Below, in pieces: positions 12,377-24,700 of a stretch of DNA of 64,000 bases. How positions within the stretch are numbered: the first letter of the stretch is position 1; the number at the start of each line of letters is the position of its first letter. The position numbers and the translations under genes are program-made. This stretch comes from Thalia democratica (Eukaryota), in contig CBDBBG010000273.1 in NCBI GenBank assembly GCA_965202585.1, positions 1 through 64,000 of the forward strand. Direction: 5' to 3'. A model generated the notes under the pieces. It was not told the origin of the DNA and searched no databases. It worked only from the letters and a program-made list of their open reading frames with translations.

Positions 12377-12874
12377 TCCCTAAGCGTCAAGTCGACCGAA
12401 CGCACGAAAGCGTATCTCTTACTAGTGTAACATTAAGCATACGCGTATGATGCCGAAATGCTCTTGTTGGAAATATTCTACTAGGCTACCTCAAGAGAGT
12501 CAAACTTTCACCTTTACTCAACTTTTTTTCATTACATGTACTTCTTTATACCTATATAAAATTTGTTTAGTCTTATAAAATTTTTGCCAAACACTTTAGA
12601 GACACCGATAAGGTACGCACTTTAAAAGGTACGCACTTGAGTAAAATTAAGTTTCAAATAAAGTGTACATCACCTCTTAACATTTTACCAGCAGTCTAAC
12701 AGATTGTAAGGTTATCATACCTCTTTATAACAATTATTCTGATAAAAACTGTACTTTGAGCTAAATTGTTTGTTTATTACATAAGTATGCTGTATAATTG
12801 TAACGGTATACTATTAATTTCTTGTTTATTTTTGCTAACTAGTTTTTATTTTCTCACAACCAAACAAACGATAG

Positions 12875-13049
12875 TGGCAAACTTGCTGTGAAAATATCCA
12901 ACATTCATCTGAGCACATAGCAGTCAAGTTTTACCTGCAACATGCACATTATTTCACGCAATTTAAATCCATGGTGATTGGAAACAAGAGCAGGAGAAAC
13001 TCACATGTCAAAGCTGCATACAAGACTTTTGAGCTAAGTATATTTGAAG
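12875..13049 (+). CDS. Candidate internal exon, unknown protein (WQTCCENIQHSSEHIAVKFYLQHAHYFTQFKSMVIGNKSRRNSHVKAAYKTFELSIFE); also at +22619 and +45237
   Basis: AG before 12875, GAAG|GTAAAA donor, 175 nt open frame, GC above flanks; no recognisable family. Confidence 0.3.
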
Positions 13050-15026
13050 GTAAAATATATACAACATTTACAAACATGTACTTTAAAAGCTATTTGAGAA
13101 ACCTACTAACTTGTATTAGTTTTTAGATAAGTGAATTTAAAAAAATGTATTATGTTTAAGGCTTTTTATATCAAATCAATTACAAACTGGTATTATTTTT
13201 TTCAAGGCAAAACTTAATAGATAAATAGTAATAATGTAATATTTAAACAATATTTAACTCTTTAAACAATTTTTATGACTATATTAAATTTTCACTAGCA
13301 TTTGTTTTTGTATATTATATGACTATATAAAAGTTTGTTTTAAAGTACTAGTACACAAACAGTTGTTGAGCCTGATACGTTACAACAAGCTGTTTGGATT
13401 CATAGATTTGAATTAAAATGCGATATCATTTTTTCGAATAAGCACATTCCTAGTATAATTCAAGTTTTTATGACATATTAATTTACTATTAAATCTTAAA
13501 CAATTATTTTGTAGGCTTAGAGTTTTTGGATAAACACAATTGTTTGTTAATACTTTGTTTCTCATCTTACTAAGTAGAAACCAATTTATAGTTTAAGCTG
13601 TCAATGAACTGTATGCTTCAAAAAACACTAGGTGGTACTTTCAATAACTGTTAAATATATTCTGTTAAAATGTACTTTATATTTGTTTGTCAGTAATGCC
13701 AGTTTGTATCCTGCTTAACATAACTGATGTTAAACAACATTTACCACAAAAACAAACATCACACATACAGAAAAGCTTTTGTATTCTACTACGATTGTTC
13801 ATACCTTTGTTACTGAGAAAAGTGAAAAAGTCTTACAGTATTTTTTTCTGAAATAGCTTTATTTTGAAAAATGTACTACTAGTAAATAAATATGTTGTTA
13901 AGTTAATTGTTACATTAATACAGTATATAAAATGTAGTTGTTAAGCTGTAAGAGTTTGAAAAACTATAACAAAAAATGTTATGTCAGACAATTAAAAAAA
14001 ATTAGTAGACATCAAGATAGTAAGTACTTAATTTTTTTTAAACTTAATCTTGACCATTCTGTTTTTTTAACTATATTGCTATTAATACATCCATTTCGTA
14101 TTTAGACATTATTTCCTTTCTTTACAGTTTTTCATTGTTAAAAATTGCAATTCTAAATCAAAAAATTAAAATAAAGGGCTTTAATGTTTTCGGATATATT
14201 GTTGATTTCGTCAATACTTTTATATTTACTAATGAATTTAATTAAACAAATATTTTAAACTGTTGTTAGTTTTTACAGATATTATAATATCTAATCGTTT
14301 TTAAGTATACGATAGAAAAGGTTTGAGTTTTATTTATTAAACTAATTAATTTTTAAATATACAATAAATATTTCATGATTTTCCTTATTTAACTTAATAT
14401 ATTAGATAAGATTTATATTCTTTTCAACCACCATTAGTAACTTAAAATAAAACAAACATTGAAAGTTTTGACTAATTTATTCTCGCAACAAATAACAACT
14501 TAAAAATCTAAAACGCTAAGTTTCAAAGCAATAAATTTTCAAATTGTACTTTATTCAAGTTTTAAAAACTATTTTTATAATTAAAAGCTACAAAATTTTC
14601 TATATGGGAACTTTTCTTTGAGGTTTAGCCGGAACAAAAAGGTTTTAAGTTTTATTAATTTGAAAAATAGTTAAATATAAGAATTAAATAACGCCTAAAA
14701 GTTTAAAACTTTGTGCCTTTAACTTACAGAAACTTAAGAAAGAAATATTTAATAACTGGATAAATCGGTAAAAAAGAAGAAAAATTCAAAAACAATACGT
14801 ATTCAAACTAAACTAACAAATATATTTTAATCTTTAACCACCAGAACTACAAACAACAAAAACTAAATTCATTAAATACTTTGTTCTTACGATATGTCAG
14901 AAATAGAATACTTTTTCGGAATATATAAAATATTTCTTCATGCATAGAAAGTGAAAAGTCAACAAAAGGGGAAATTCCCCGAGTCGAAAGTGGCGGTATT
15001 GTACTAAGCAGGGATAAATACGGGAT

Positions 15027-17581
15027 TCAAGAGTGGTGGAGCTTGTGGGGGCAGTGGGACCCTTTTTTGATTCTTCCGTCGCAGCACACAGATATCGAGG
15101 GGTCGTACACGTGCAATCCTCCGCAGCAAGCCTGAAAAATGAAAAGAATAAATATTAATACTTGAGAAAAATGGATATTGCATAAAATTTATTTTAATTG
15201 ATGTTTGCAAAAATAAATGTATTTCGGCTTTGTTATATGTAACAATATGTCAAATTTTACAATACTTGACCAAATAGTCATAAAAATTAAAATATCGATA
15301 AAACCAGTTTTTATGCATTTCAGCTAGAATAAAACAAATTGTAACCCTCCACAACAGACATGAAAACAGTTTAGAGATCTAAATAAAAAATACTTGTAAA
15401 ATTAAGCAACATATTGATTTTTTTTAGGTTTAAAATATTTTTGAACTTTAAACAAAACTAAAATTTTTAACAGCATTACCTAATTTTTAAAGGTTGGTAC
15501 AAGTAAATTAACCATCTTAGTTTATAACATATACTTAATTGTCTTTATTTCTTTAGAAAAGACACATTGTAATAAATTTCATGGTTTTATTATTAATCAA
15601 GCCCTAATCAGCTTAAATTATATTAATTGTACATTTTTTATTGAACACTGTTTTTGTAATTACGTTTAATTTTTTTTGTGTGCTGCGGGTTTTAAATAAA
15701 ACAAACAAAGATTAATTAAATAAGAAAGACCTCTCCTCTTTACTTTGTTACATAAACACATACATTATTATGATCAGGTAATTTGTTTTTAACCTCAGAC
15801 AAAAACCTTTAAGCTAAAAATCGTCTTTTGAACAAAAAAAAAATCAGATAAAAGCATTTAAAGAACAATTGCTTATGTCTGGTCTATACAAATGTTTATT
15901 TAAATACCAAAAAAATAATTGCTTAGCAGAAATTATGGTGAAGATAAAGATCTATCACGTGCTTTTGTTGTTAAATATCAAATTATAAATTGACTGATTA
16001 CATTGTTAATTTCACTAGTTTAATATATTGTTCTGATAAATTATTTCAATTTATGTGTTAGACTATAGTAGTAACTAAGAAACAAATAGTTTTAAATTTT
16101 TTTCATTAACAAAACAAAGTATGTGTTTAAAAACCAAGTATACTATTTGTTTGACTCAACAAAAATTTATAATTTCTGATTTAATATTTTCGATTATTTT
16201 TACGATACGTAAAAAAGAAATAAAGAAATTCAATAACATTTAGTTTTTAATTTTAAGTAAGTTGTTTATATTCTTTATAGTTGTATGATGGCTAAACAAG
16301 TCCTAATTTTTTACTACATACCAAATGTTTAGAGTTAAATGGTATTATCCATCTTTTTTTTGGGAAATCAATAAAGAAATAAAAAATTTCTATCAAAGTC
16401 AACAGTTTCCTTAAATAATGCACATTACAATAAACAAATTATACCGTTATTTTGAAATTGAGTTTATTTTTTGAAACTTTTGATTGGAATTAACTTTGAC
16501 ATGATAAGTTTTTCTGCAATATTTGCTACTTTTTGCAGTTTATTATTATTTTTACAACCAAAAACTGTTATATTTACTCACTTTTTTAGAACTTGCGTAA
16601 GGAACTCCGTTGCAACCTCCGCAACAGGCATCAGGTCTCAGGCTCATGAGGGAAATTCCCTTTTTACATTTCTTTCCCGACCCCTCGCGGAAGAAACATA
16701 TGCACTGCTGCAAGCACTTGTCTGTGTTTTCTATAGATAAAAAGTCAAATATTATTTAATTCCAATTATATAAAGTTTTTTTTTTCAGTAAATAAAACAA
16801 GAAAAAAGTTTAGTTATATATTTAGATTTTCAAAATCATAACGTTTGTAATTCTGTAAGAAATTTAACTTAATTGAAAAACATAACTATTTTTCATCAGA
16901 CTTATTTCATTTATTTTGCATTTGTTTACTACTAGTTTAGTTTCTATTGTATAAAACTAATACAAACCTTCAACATTGATGGAATCGGTTTTAAATATTT
17001 CCTTCTCGCTGCTCAACAACGTTTTAAGTTGTCCCTGCAATTCTTCAGCTTGTAACTCCCTGTTGGCGTATGTTGGTGAGAACAATGAGTACTTAACTGT
17101 GTATTCATTCTCTTCTTCTACTGCTTCCGATCTGTATGAGAGAATGAATATTAGTGTTTAGGGATGATTTATTAGAAATTTATACAACTATTAGAGTTAA
17201 ATATAAACTTATAATGTTTCTTGTGAAAAATTGGAGTCGATATAGATTTATTAGCACTTATAAAAAGTATAAGAAATGTAAAAAAAATATGTAAATTAAA
17301 AAAAATATATGTAACAAGCTTAAGTAGTAGTTGCTTTAGAAGGCTTCATACAAAGGTTTTAATACTATAAATAAGCTCTTAGTTAAAATAGTTTTGTAAA
17401 GTTTTACGTTGCAAATCCATCAAAACACCAGCACTAAAAAACAACTTTATTGCTTAAACTCAATATTTTTGGTTTATAAAACATTTAAACTAAAAATAAC
17501 TAACGAGATTCCGTTCTTTTTGACATCTTCAATTTCTACAACTATATCTGTCACTCCGGAGTTAGTCAAAACTTTCAATAT
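15027..17581 (-). CDS. 3' four exons of a spliced gene: SEA-like segment plus Cys-rich galaxin-type repeats (5' end unresolved), copy 1
   Basis: Exons 17581-17505, 17131-16968, 16730-16582 and 15131-15027 have AG/GT boundaries and compatible phases (0-2, 2-1, 1-0, 0-stop). They splice to ILKVLTNSGVTDIVVEIEDVKKNGISSEAVEEENEYTVKYSLFSPTYANRELQAEELQGQLKTLLSSEKEIFKTDSINVEENTDKCLQQCICFFREGSGKKCKKGISLMSLRPDACCGGCNGVPYASSKKACCGGLHVYDPSISVCCDGRIKKGSHCPHKLHHS*. The CC-G...Y(D)P...CC-G pattern matches galaxin-type repeats. The SEA-like call is a by-eye resemblance only. Confidence 0.85.
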
Positions 17582-17767
17582 CTGCAAAACATAGTTAAAT
17601 TTTAACTTTTTATCTATTTTACCTATTTAATCTAAAAACCTAATATCTATTTACAAATATTGACGGTTGAAAGGTTAACAGCTGCACAAAGTGTTTTTTA
17701 AGTGATTAACATTCTAATAAATCTCATGAATGGTCAATGGAAGCTTTATCAAATGTCACAATTTACA

Positions 17768-17911
17768 TCAAAGGTCACTAAAGGGCTTTTTATTTAATCG
17801 GATTTTTGAGCGAGATCGCCTGAAAGGTCTGTCTAATCTCCTTTTTATTGAGAATTGGCAGTAAAGTTTGTCGTCGTTAGTGTTTTGATTAGTAGTTCGT
17901 AGAAAAACGAG
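17768..17911 (-). CDS. Candidate terminal exon (LVFLRTTNQNTNDDKLYCQFSIKRRLDRPFRRSRSKIRLNKKPFSDL*); also at +22619 and +45237
   Basis: Pyrimidine tract plus AG (tttttctaatttag), 48 codons to TGA, GC above background. Confidence 0.35.
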   Translation of the reverse strand, partial: LVFLRTTNQNTNDDKLYCQFSIKRRLDRPFRRSRSKIRLNKKPFSDL

Positions 17912-18739
17912 CTAAATTAGAAAAATAAATTGTAAAAATTAAGTTTGAGTCACCACAGGGAAACTAGTTTCAATTACAACACAATATGAAATAGTAAAGA
18001 AACACTGTTGACAATAGATAATGAAATCTTTTTTTTCTTAATGTACCTAAAGTTTATGAACTAATGTACAAGGTATGCTAGATATTTTCGTAAAACTTTA
18101 TGTTTTTGAACTAGTGTTTGTTTTGTCAACTGATATTTTTATGTATGTGATGACAAAAATAACTTATTGTGTACATTTGAAACAAGTATTGCAAAATTTT
18201 TGATTAAAGTCTTCTTTAAACAGTTTTAAAGTTCAAAGAAAAAAAACTTATGAAAGCTTATTTTGTCCATAAGTCTCAGTAAAAACAAAAACTTTATCTG
18301 CCTAGCATTGATTTATTAATAACTATTAAAAAAAAGTTGTAAAACTTGAGAACAAGATTTCTTCTGTTGTGTTTATAAGTTATTTATTCAAATAAAGATG
18401 TTAAAATTAAATATTTTATTTACAACCAGGTTTTGGTGACAAAATTTGCGACCTTTTCAAGTGAAATAAAATAGTTTTAGTTTAGATATTTTAGTGAAGA
18501 CAAATAACTGTAAAGTTATTTATTCAAAAAGGCCGTCTAATGCAAAATAAAATATGTCAAGTAAAGTAAATTTATTAACACTGTAACTATTTTAAACTGT
18601 TAAAATGAAATATTACTAACAACATTACTTGAAAAAACCTTATACAATACATTATTTATAACATGTAGCTTTAAATAACTCTGTAAAATAATAAAAAAAT
18701 GATTGATTGTAACCGAACACGTCAAATAAATCACAAGCA

Positions 18740-18871
18740 CTAAAGTTTCTTGTTTTCGTAACTAGCATCAAAAGCGCGTTGTAATTCTTTGGAATTCGTG
18801 TTTTTGGTAAAAGTTGAAAAACTTGTTTTCAGTAAATTTTTAATAGTCAGAGCCTGTGCAATGGTCTTAAT
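18740..18871 (-). CDS. Candidate terminal exon (IKTIAQALTIKNLLKTSFSTFTKNTNSKELQRAFDASYENKKL*); also at +22619
   Basis: Acceptor gtttctgacgctttcatag, 44 codons to TAG. Confidence 0.4.
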   Translation of the reverse strand: MKTIAQALTIKNLLKTSFSTFTKNTNSKELQRAFDASYENKKL

Positions 18872-19493
18872 CTATGAAAGCGTCAGAAACAATATTTTAT
18901 TTAATTATTTTTATGCTTATGCAAAAACAAACTATTTTTTTGTTTTTATTTATGTTTACAAGATATTAAAATTTGATATACTGACAAGTTTAAATACAAT
19001 TAACCACAAATTAGACTGTTCTTGTGTTTATACACTTTATTGTACTTGTTAAAAAGATTTTACTTTTTTTTTAACTTTTATTTAAGTCTACAAAACATAT
19101 AAAAGATTAATTATGAAATTATTTTACCAAAAATTTAATAAAAAGCATATTTTTAGAGATTAAACTTTGTGTCGCAAAAATACATCTGCTAAGAAATATA
19201 ATAAATAAAAAATAGAAATATGTATATAAATTTTTTGAAACATTTTATTGCAGACTACATCAGTTTAATATCGGTATTCGAAATTGGCATGTAATAGGCA
19301 ATTGGGCTACAATAAATAGATTAGAGACCACATATAAAATCGGAATTCATTCAAAGTACTGTTTGATCAGCTGTAGAAATTTAACATTCGAACGTTCGTA
19401 GAGTTTAAAAATACCAGGGCAAAGTTAAAAGTTTTAAATAAGTTCGTTTTGAAGTGCTTACGTAATACAACAAGTATTGACCACTTAACTTAC

Positions 19494-19520
19494 TGTTGAA
19501 CTTGTTTGAAAATTAAAAAT
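19494..19520 (-). CDS. Candidate 27-nt phase 0-0 micro-exon (IFNFQTSST); also at +22619
   Basis: gttttAG acceptor and consensus GTAAGT donor. Confidence 0.35.
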
Positions 19521-20459
19521 CTAAAACAACTTCTTGCAGAACTATTTTATAGAGTATTTTTTTTAATACGTTAGTCTTTGTATTATATGAAACATCACAA
19601 AAAGAAAAATGATGCAGTAAAAAAGGCTAATTGAAAATAATTAGCCTACAAAATATTTCATTTTTATTCTTTCTACTTAAACTAGCTACTTCAAAGCTAG
19701 TTGTTATTATAAGATTTTTTTTTTCAGGCTTTTTGCTAACAATTTTAAATCATACAACTCTTAAGCTCGCCGTTTAAGTTTAAGTTTTTCAAAAATTTAA
19801 ATTTAATAATAAAGAAACCTATTCAAGGGTTAAATTTTATTGTATTTATAAAATGTTTTGCAATCTAAGAAACTGAAATTCAACTATTCTCAACAAATTG
19901 AATTATCTAAGTAAAGTTTTGCAATAAGTCCTGGACAAGAAAATAACAGGTATCCAAGTGGTGTGCGACTCGATTACCGAAAGGTTCTTCGTGCACCAGG
20001 TCCTAGGATTAAGCTTTTTAGCGATTATTTTTTGTAGTTCAATAAATAATATGTATTATTATTGTTTATCGAAAAATAGAAAAAGCAACTTTTTTTGAAA
20101 AAAATAATATAGATTTTCTTTATAAATTAAATTAAGTAAAGTATAAGTTTAAAAAAGGTCATTACTTAATCAAATATGATAGTTAGCTTTAAATGTACTG
20201 TTTTTTTTTACTTTTATGTCGTAGTATTCATTAAATTCTAATTTAAGTTTGTTGCCTTACATATTATTTAATTTTTTATAACTCAACTTACAAAACAAAA
20301 CTATAATTATTTTTGTTAGTACAAAATTAAACTTTTAAGCCTTGTACTAAACTAATAATAAATTTGAAAAACACTTTTGCTTATTTAACTTTTCGCCCAT
20401 GATGTTGTAAAGATATTTAATAAACAAAAATAAAACCCACAGTGCTGTAAAATTTTCAG

Positions 20460-20519
20460 AAAAAAAAAATTTCCAAGCACAGATGAAAACAAAAAGACTT
20501 TGATGGCAAAAGAATTCAG
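20460..20519 (+). CDS. Candidate 60-nt phase 2-2 exon (KKKFPSTDENKKTLMAKEF); also at +22619
   Basis: ttttcAG acceptor, strong CAG|GTATGT donor, length a multiple of 3, open frame. Confidence 0.35.
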
Positions 20520-21333
20520 GTATGTATTTATTTAATATTTATTTAATGACTAACTCAACAAAAAAAATTACTGATACAAATATCATATTTTCACATATAG
20601 GCCTTATTGTTCTTAACAAAAATATCATAAGAGTTGCCACACAGTCAGACTAGTTTAAATTTAAGAAAACACAGACATGATTAAAGTTTTTTTTTAAAGT
20701 CAGACCTTTTTAAATTTTATATTCTTATTATTAGGCTGTTTTCTTTACATTAAAATTAATTTATTTTATCTTAATTATTCAAATATATCTTAACTTAAGC
20801 CATTCTAATGGTTTTTGAAAATATTCAAGCTTGATTAATGTATATTCTGGAGTCCAGATATAACCTGGAATTCAAAAATTAAGGAAAATATGATCTAGAA
20901 TTAAATATATTTTTCTTTAAACCTGGAAATGTAAACAAAAATCTTGTTATTAACCAATATTTAAATAAAATTTTAATGAAATTTAGTAAAAAAATGAAAT
21001 CTAGATAAGTTAGAAGGTAATTATAATGCAAAATTATTTTATAAATTAGTTAGATAATTTTTTAAAAGGAATTACAGTACCTTTCCGGTTATTCTATGCT
21101 ATATCTAGCAACAAAACTTGTTTTCCAAAAAACTGAAAGAAAATAAAAAATCAGAACTTTTTGTTTTTTAACCAGTGCATTAAAAGCATGATTTATTATT
21201 TTTTCAAATTTTAAATACTCATAATAAAATCAGGCTGCAATAAATTCATATGGATTTTAAATAAAATTTCTCAAACTGTTCAAAACTATTTTGATGGCTT
21301 TGGTTGCAAACATTAAAAATAAAAATAAATTTA

Positions 21334-21719
21334 AGGTTGCCACACACTTATGCTCAGGATATTTTTGAGTTTTTGAAAATCTCAGGATAACTGGATTTTA
21401 TTAATTTATTTATATAACAGTTTTGTGTTTTTTATAATAGACTTAAGATAGTTCAAATAGAAAAAAAATCAGGACAGATTAAGTTGATCTTGTTTAATAA
21501 TTGCTATTTTCAGTATAACTAGTTTTCTTCAAGAACTTGATTTTTATTGATTTTGAAATGCTTGTTTTAGTTTCCTGCTGGCTTTTCAATACTTTTAGAA
21601 ATATCATTGTGTTTGTGCTACAGCAAAAAACACTTTTAAGGATTTTAAAAAATCAGTAAAGCTCAGAATAGCTTAAGGTCACTTAGTACAGTTTTTTGAC
21701 TCAAAGATTGGCAACCCTG
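21334..21719. mobile_element. Degenerate hAT-like MITE; also 43953-44338
   Basis: aggttgcca...tggcaaccctg ends; near-TSD taaattta/taagttta (7 of 8). Confidence 0.55.
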
Positions 21720-24700
21720 TAAGTTTAAGTACCATGTGTTTGATAATACTTAATAATACTTATTTACCGTATACATTACAAAGTTTTAGTTTACTTTAAT
21801 TTCAATTACTATAATTTACAAAGTGACAAGTTCAACATAGGGCGCCTATTTTACTTGATAAATCTGAATTTTGACAAACTCTCATGAGTTAAAATAATAA
21901 GTTCTGAGTTGAACAAAAATAGTTAAGTAATTACATAGCATGATGTTCACCAATATCGAAATTACATCATATTTAATATCTATTGTCACCATAGTTTTAT
22001 GCTAAAAATCAATGTTTAAAGCCTAGTATGTTTAATCTAAAGAGATACTTTGTTTTAAACTAGCTTTACAAATAGATAAATAAAATTAAATTTGTTTAAT
22101 AATTAAGTTTTCATTTTCTAGATTTGTAGTAATATAAATTATTCTAAAATGAAAGTGATTAAATATTCAAGTTTTATTGAATTATGATTTATAAATTAGA
22201 TTTTATTATATGTGTTTATAAATTGTTGTTTTTGTCTCAAATTATTGTTAAACTAGACCTCAAATAAAATAAAGTTTCAGTTTGATATTGGTGTACATCA
22301 TGCTTTTTTTTTTTTTTATGGTAAAAAAACATCAGTCTCAAACTCTACCCCTTGCAACGATAAACGTTTTCTGGGGGTAATTATCAATATTTGTGATATG
22401 TAAATTAAAATTATTGTTATTTAAAGCTATAACTATTTTATTATATATTAAAAGTATCATATTAATATCTTTTAAGTGATAAAATAAACATTTTTTGTCT
22501 TAGATTTTAATTTTAACTAAAAAAGGACAATTAAGCTTGAGCTTAAAAAAACCTGGACGAAAATTAGAAAACTTGGAAAAAATATCTTATATACCAGTGG
22601 CCACTCTTTTAATAACATACTACCTGAAGTTAAATTTAAATCATTAGTTTTGTTGTTTTGTTTAATTAACTTTTTTTCAGTTTAATAGGATTTTACACTA
22701 ATAAGTTGTATTATAAATAAATTAATAATAAAACTGCTGCAGATTAACTGTACTGATATAATTTATTGTATATTAATAATTTAAAGTACATGTAGTGCTG
22801 AAATAATTATATTTTTAAAAGAAATGTTTCAGCAGTATTTATATTTACGTAATGGTTATAACTGTACAAATATATGAAAAAAAAATTAAACTGATAAATG
22901 TACTTATTACATAAAGTTTTGATATTATGCTCAATATATAAATGGTTACATAAAACTAATGTACTTTATGAAGTTATTGTTGATTTATACATTTGGCTTA
23001 ACAGTATTTCTGGGGGTGCACAACTATTCAAAATCTGATAATTCAAATTCTTAAAAAAAAAAGTTGAAAAGGAAACAACTAAAAAAGTAATGTATATATG
23101 GAAATTAAAAAAAAATATTTAGATCCTATTAGTATCTACAATCCGTTTTTTTCTTTTTGCAAAACATAAAATATTTTTTGAGATGGGGCTTAAAAAAAGT
23201 AAAAAACTTATTTAATTTTAATAATTTTAAAACATCTTAAAATTTTTTTAAGGTTTTGCGAAAAAGAAAAAGCAGCTTGTAGATATTGATACAATCTACA
23301 TTTGTATTTTTTATTTTTTTCAAATTTATAATACTTTTTAAGATATAGTCTTTTAAATATTTTTATAGGAATTTGAATTGTTAAAGTTTGACTTGCTTAA
23401 ATTTGAATTGTCATTGAATTTGAATATGGCTAGTACTTTTCACCTTTTTTTTAAGTTTAAAGTTACATTGGATATGTTACAGACTAGGTTTGAGTGTTTA
23501 ACAATTTGCTTATGGTAGGAGCAAACTAAAATTTAAAGGTTAAAAGCAACTTGTAGCGCCTGCTTTTAAACTTTCTAACAGGAGCTAATGTTAAACTTTT
23601 TAATGAAATATTATTAAAATTGATTTTATCTACCTAGGTTCTAGTTTTAAATTATATAAAAAAGAAAGAATCACCGTATTTGTACTAGTTATAAAATTAT
23701 ATACAAAACTTTTAAATGAATGTCGTTAAAAGTGTAACCATTGGAGACTTTATATCATTCACAATATTTTGAATTTTTTTTTTTAAATACAGTTATAACT
23801 ACTGTTATTGGCACAGTTTATTCCAACATTGCTTTACAAAGATTAAAATAGGCTCTTAAATGAAAGTTTAGAATGTGAACTATTAGTAAGTTTTAAAATA
23901 ATATAAAAGTTATATTCGTCTTTTATTTATAGCCACTTTGTAATAACGTTTCAGTATAAACCATTGGACAGCATTTTTTTAACTGTCAATTTTATCTTAA
24001 TTATTTAACTTAATTACAAATCTTTTCAAATTTAAAAGTACATACCAATTTTTTATAAAATGATCCTTGCACTATTAAAGCAACCTGTCAGAACAAAATA
24101 ATTATGCTAATTAATTCATTATTCTATTTAATTTTAATTGGGTCCATCATTGTTGACACAATGTTGATACAAATGCGTAAATTTTCCAAAATATTAAATA
24201 TACTTATAGTTAGTGTATATACACTACAGTGACCTCTCTCTACGCACAGTTTTCCCACAGCAAAAGTGCGTAGTTACACAAGAGAACATAATTTAAAAAG
24301 AGGTGCATTACAAAGTTGAACAAAATCAACTGAATATTTGCAAGAACATGCATTTTTACAAAAGTACATTTTAATTTAAAGTATTATGTTGTTAATTGAA
24401 AAAATACAATAAATTTATTGCTTCAGTAGTAAAAAAGGGTGCACGACTATTCAAATTTGGACTATTCAAATTCCGACAATTTAAATTCTTAATAAAAAAT
24501 TGTAAAGGCTATAAGTAAAAAAATAAGATATATTTGTCAAAAATAAAAAATATAAATGTAGGTTACATAAATATCCACAAGACATTTTTTATATTCTGCA
24601 ATAAACTTAGTATTTTTTGAGATATGGCTCGAGTAAATCAAAAAACATAGTTATTTTAGTAAATTTATGAAATCTTTGAAATGTTTTAGATTTTGCAAAA

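Larger units (their letters stand above)
11516..12502. mobile_element. 987-bp non-coding GC-rich element with perfect 18-bp TIRs and TG...CA ends (family unresolved), copy 1
   Basis: tgactctcttgaggtagc (11516-11533) and gctacctcaagagagtca (12485-12502); sharp GC rise; no credible ORF; no matching TSD seen. Confidence 0.7.
1..22620. repeat. 22.6-kb tandem unit, copy 1 (phase set by window start; true junction unknown)
   Basis: tacctgaagttaaatttaaatc recurs at 1, 22621 and 45240; ORF track repeats with offsets 22619/22618. Confidence 0.98.

Noticed and set aside
15004-19052. ORF-track ORFs at 15004-15210, 16471-16740, 16976-17161, 17409-17594 and 18789-19052
   Set aside because: They are antisense or out-of-frame shadows of the real or candidate minus-strand exons.
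19959-20012. HDV-like ribozyme or tRNA reading of the stem-loop
   Set aside because: No suitable P2, L3 or catalytic C for an HDV fold; too short and lacking D and T loops for a tRNA.
1-22620. rRNA, 5S, spliceosomal snRNA, spliced-leader or histone tandem unit as the identity of the 22.6-kb repeat
   Set aside because: I recognised none of their signature sequences by eye; an Rfam scan would be needed to exclude divergent small RNAs.
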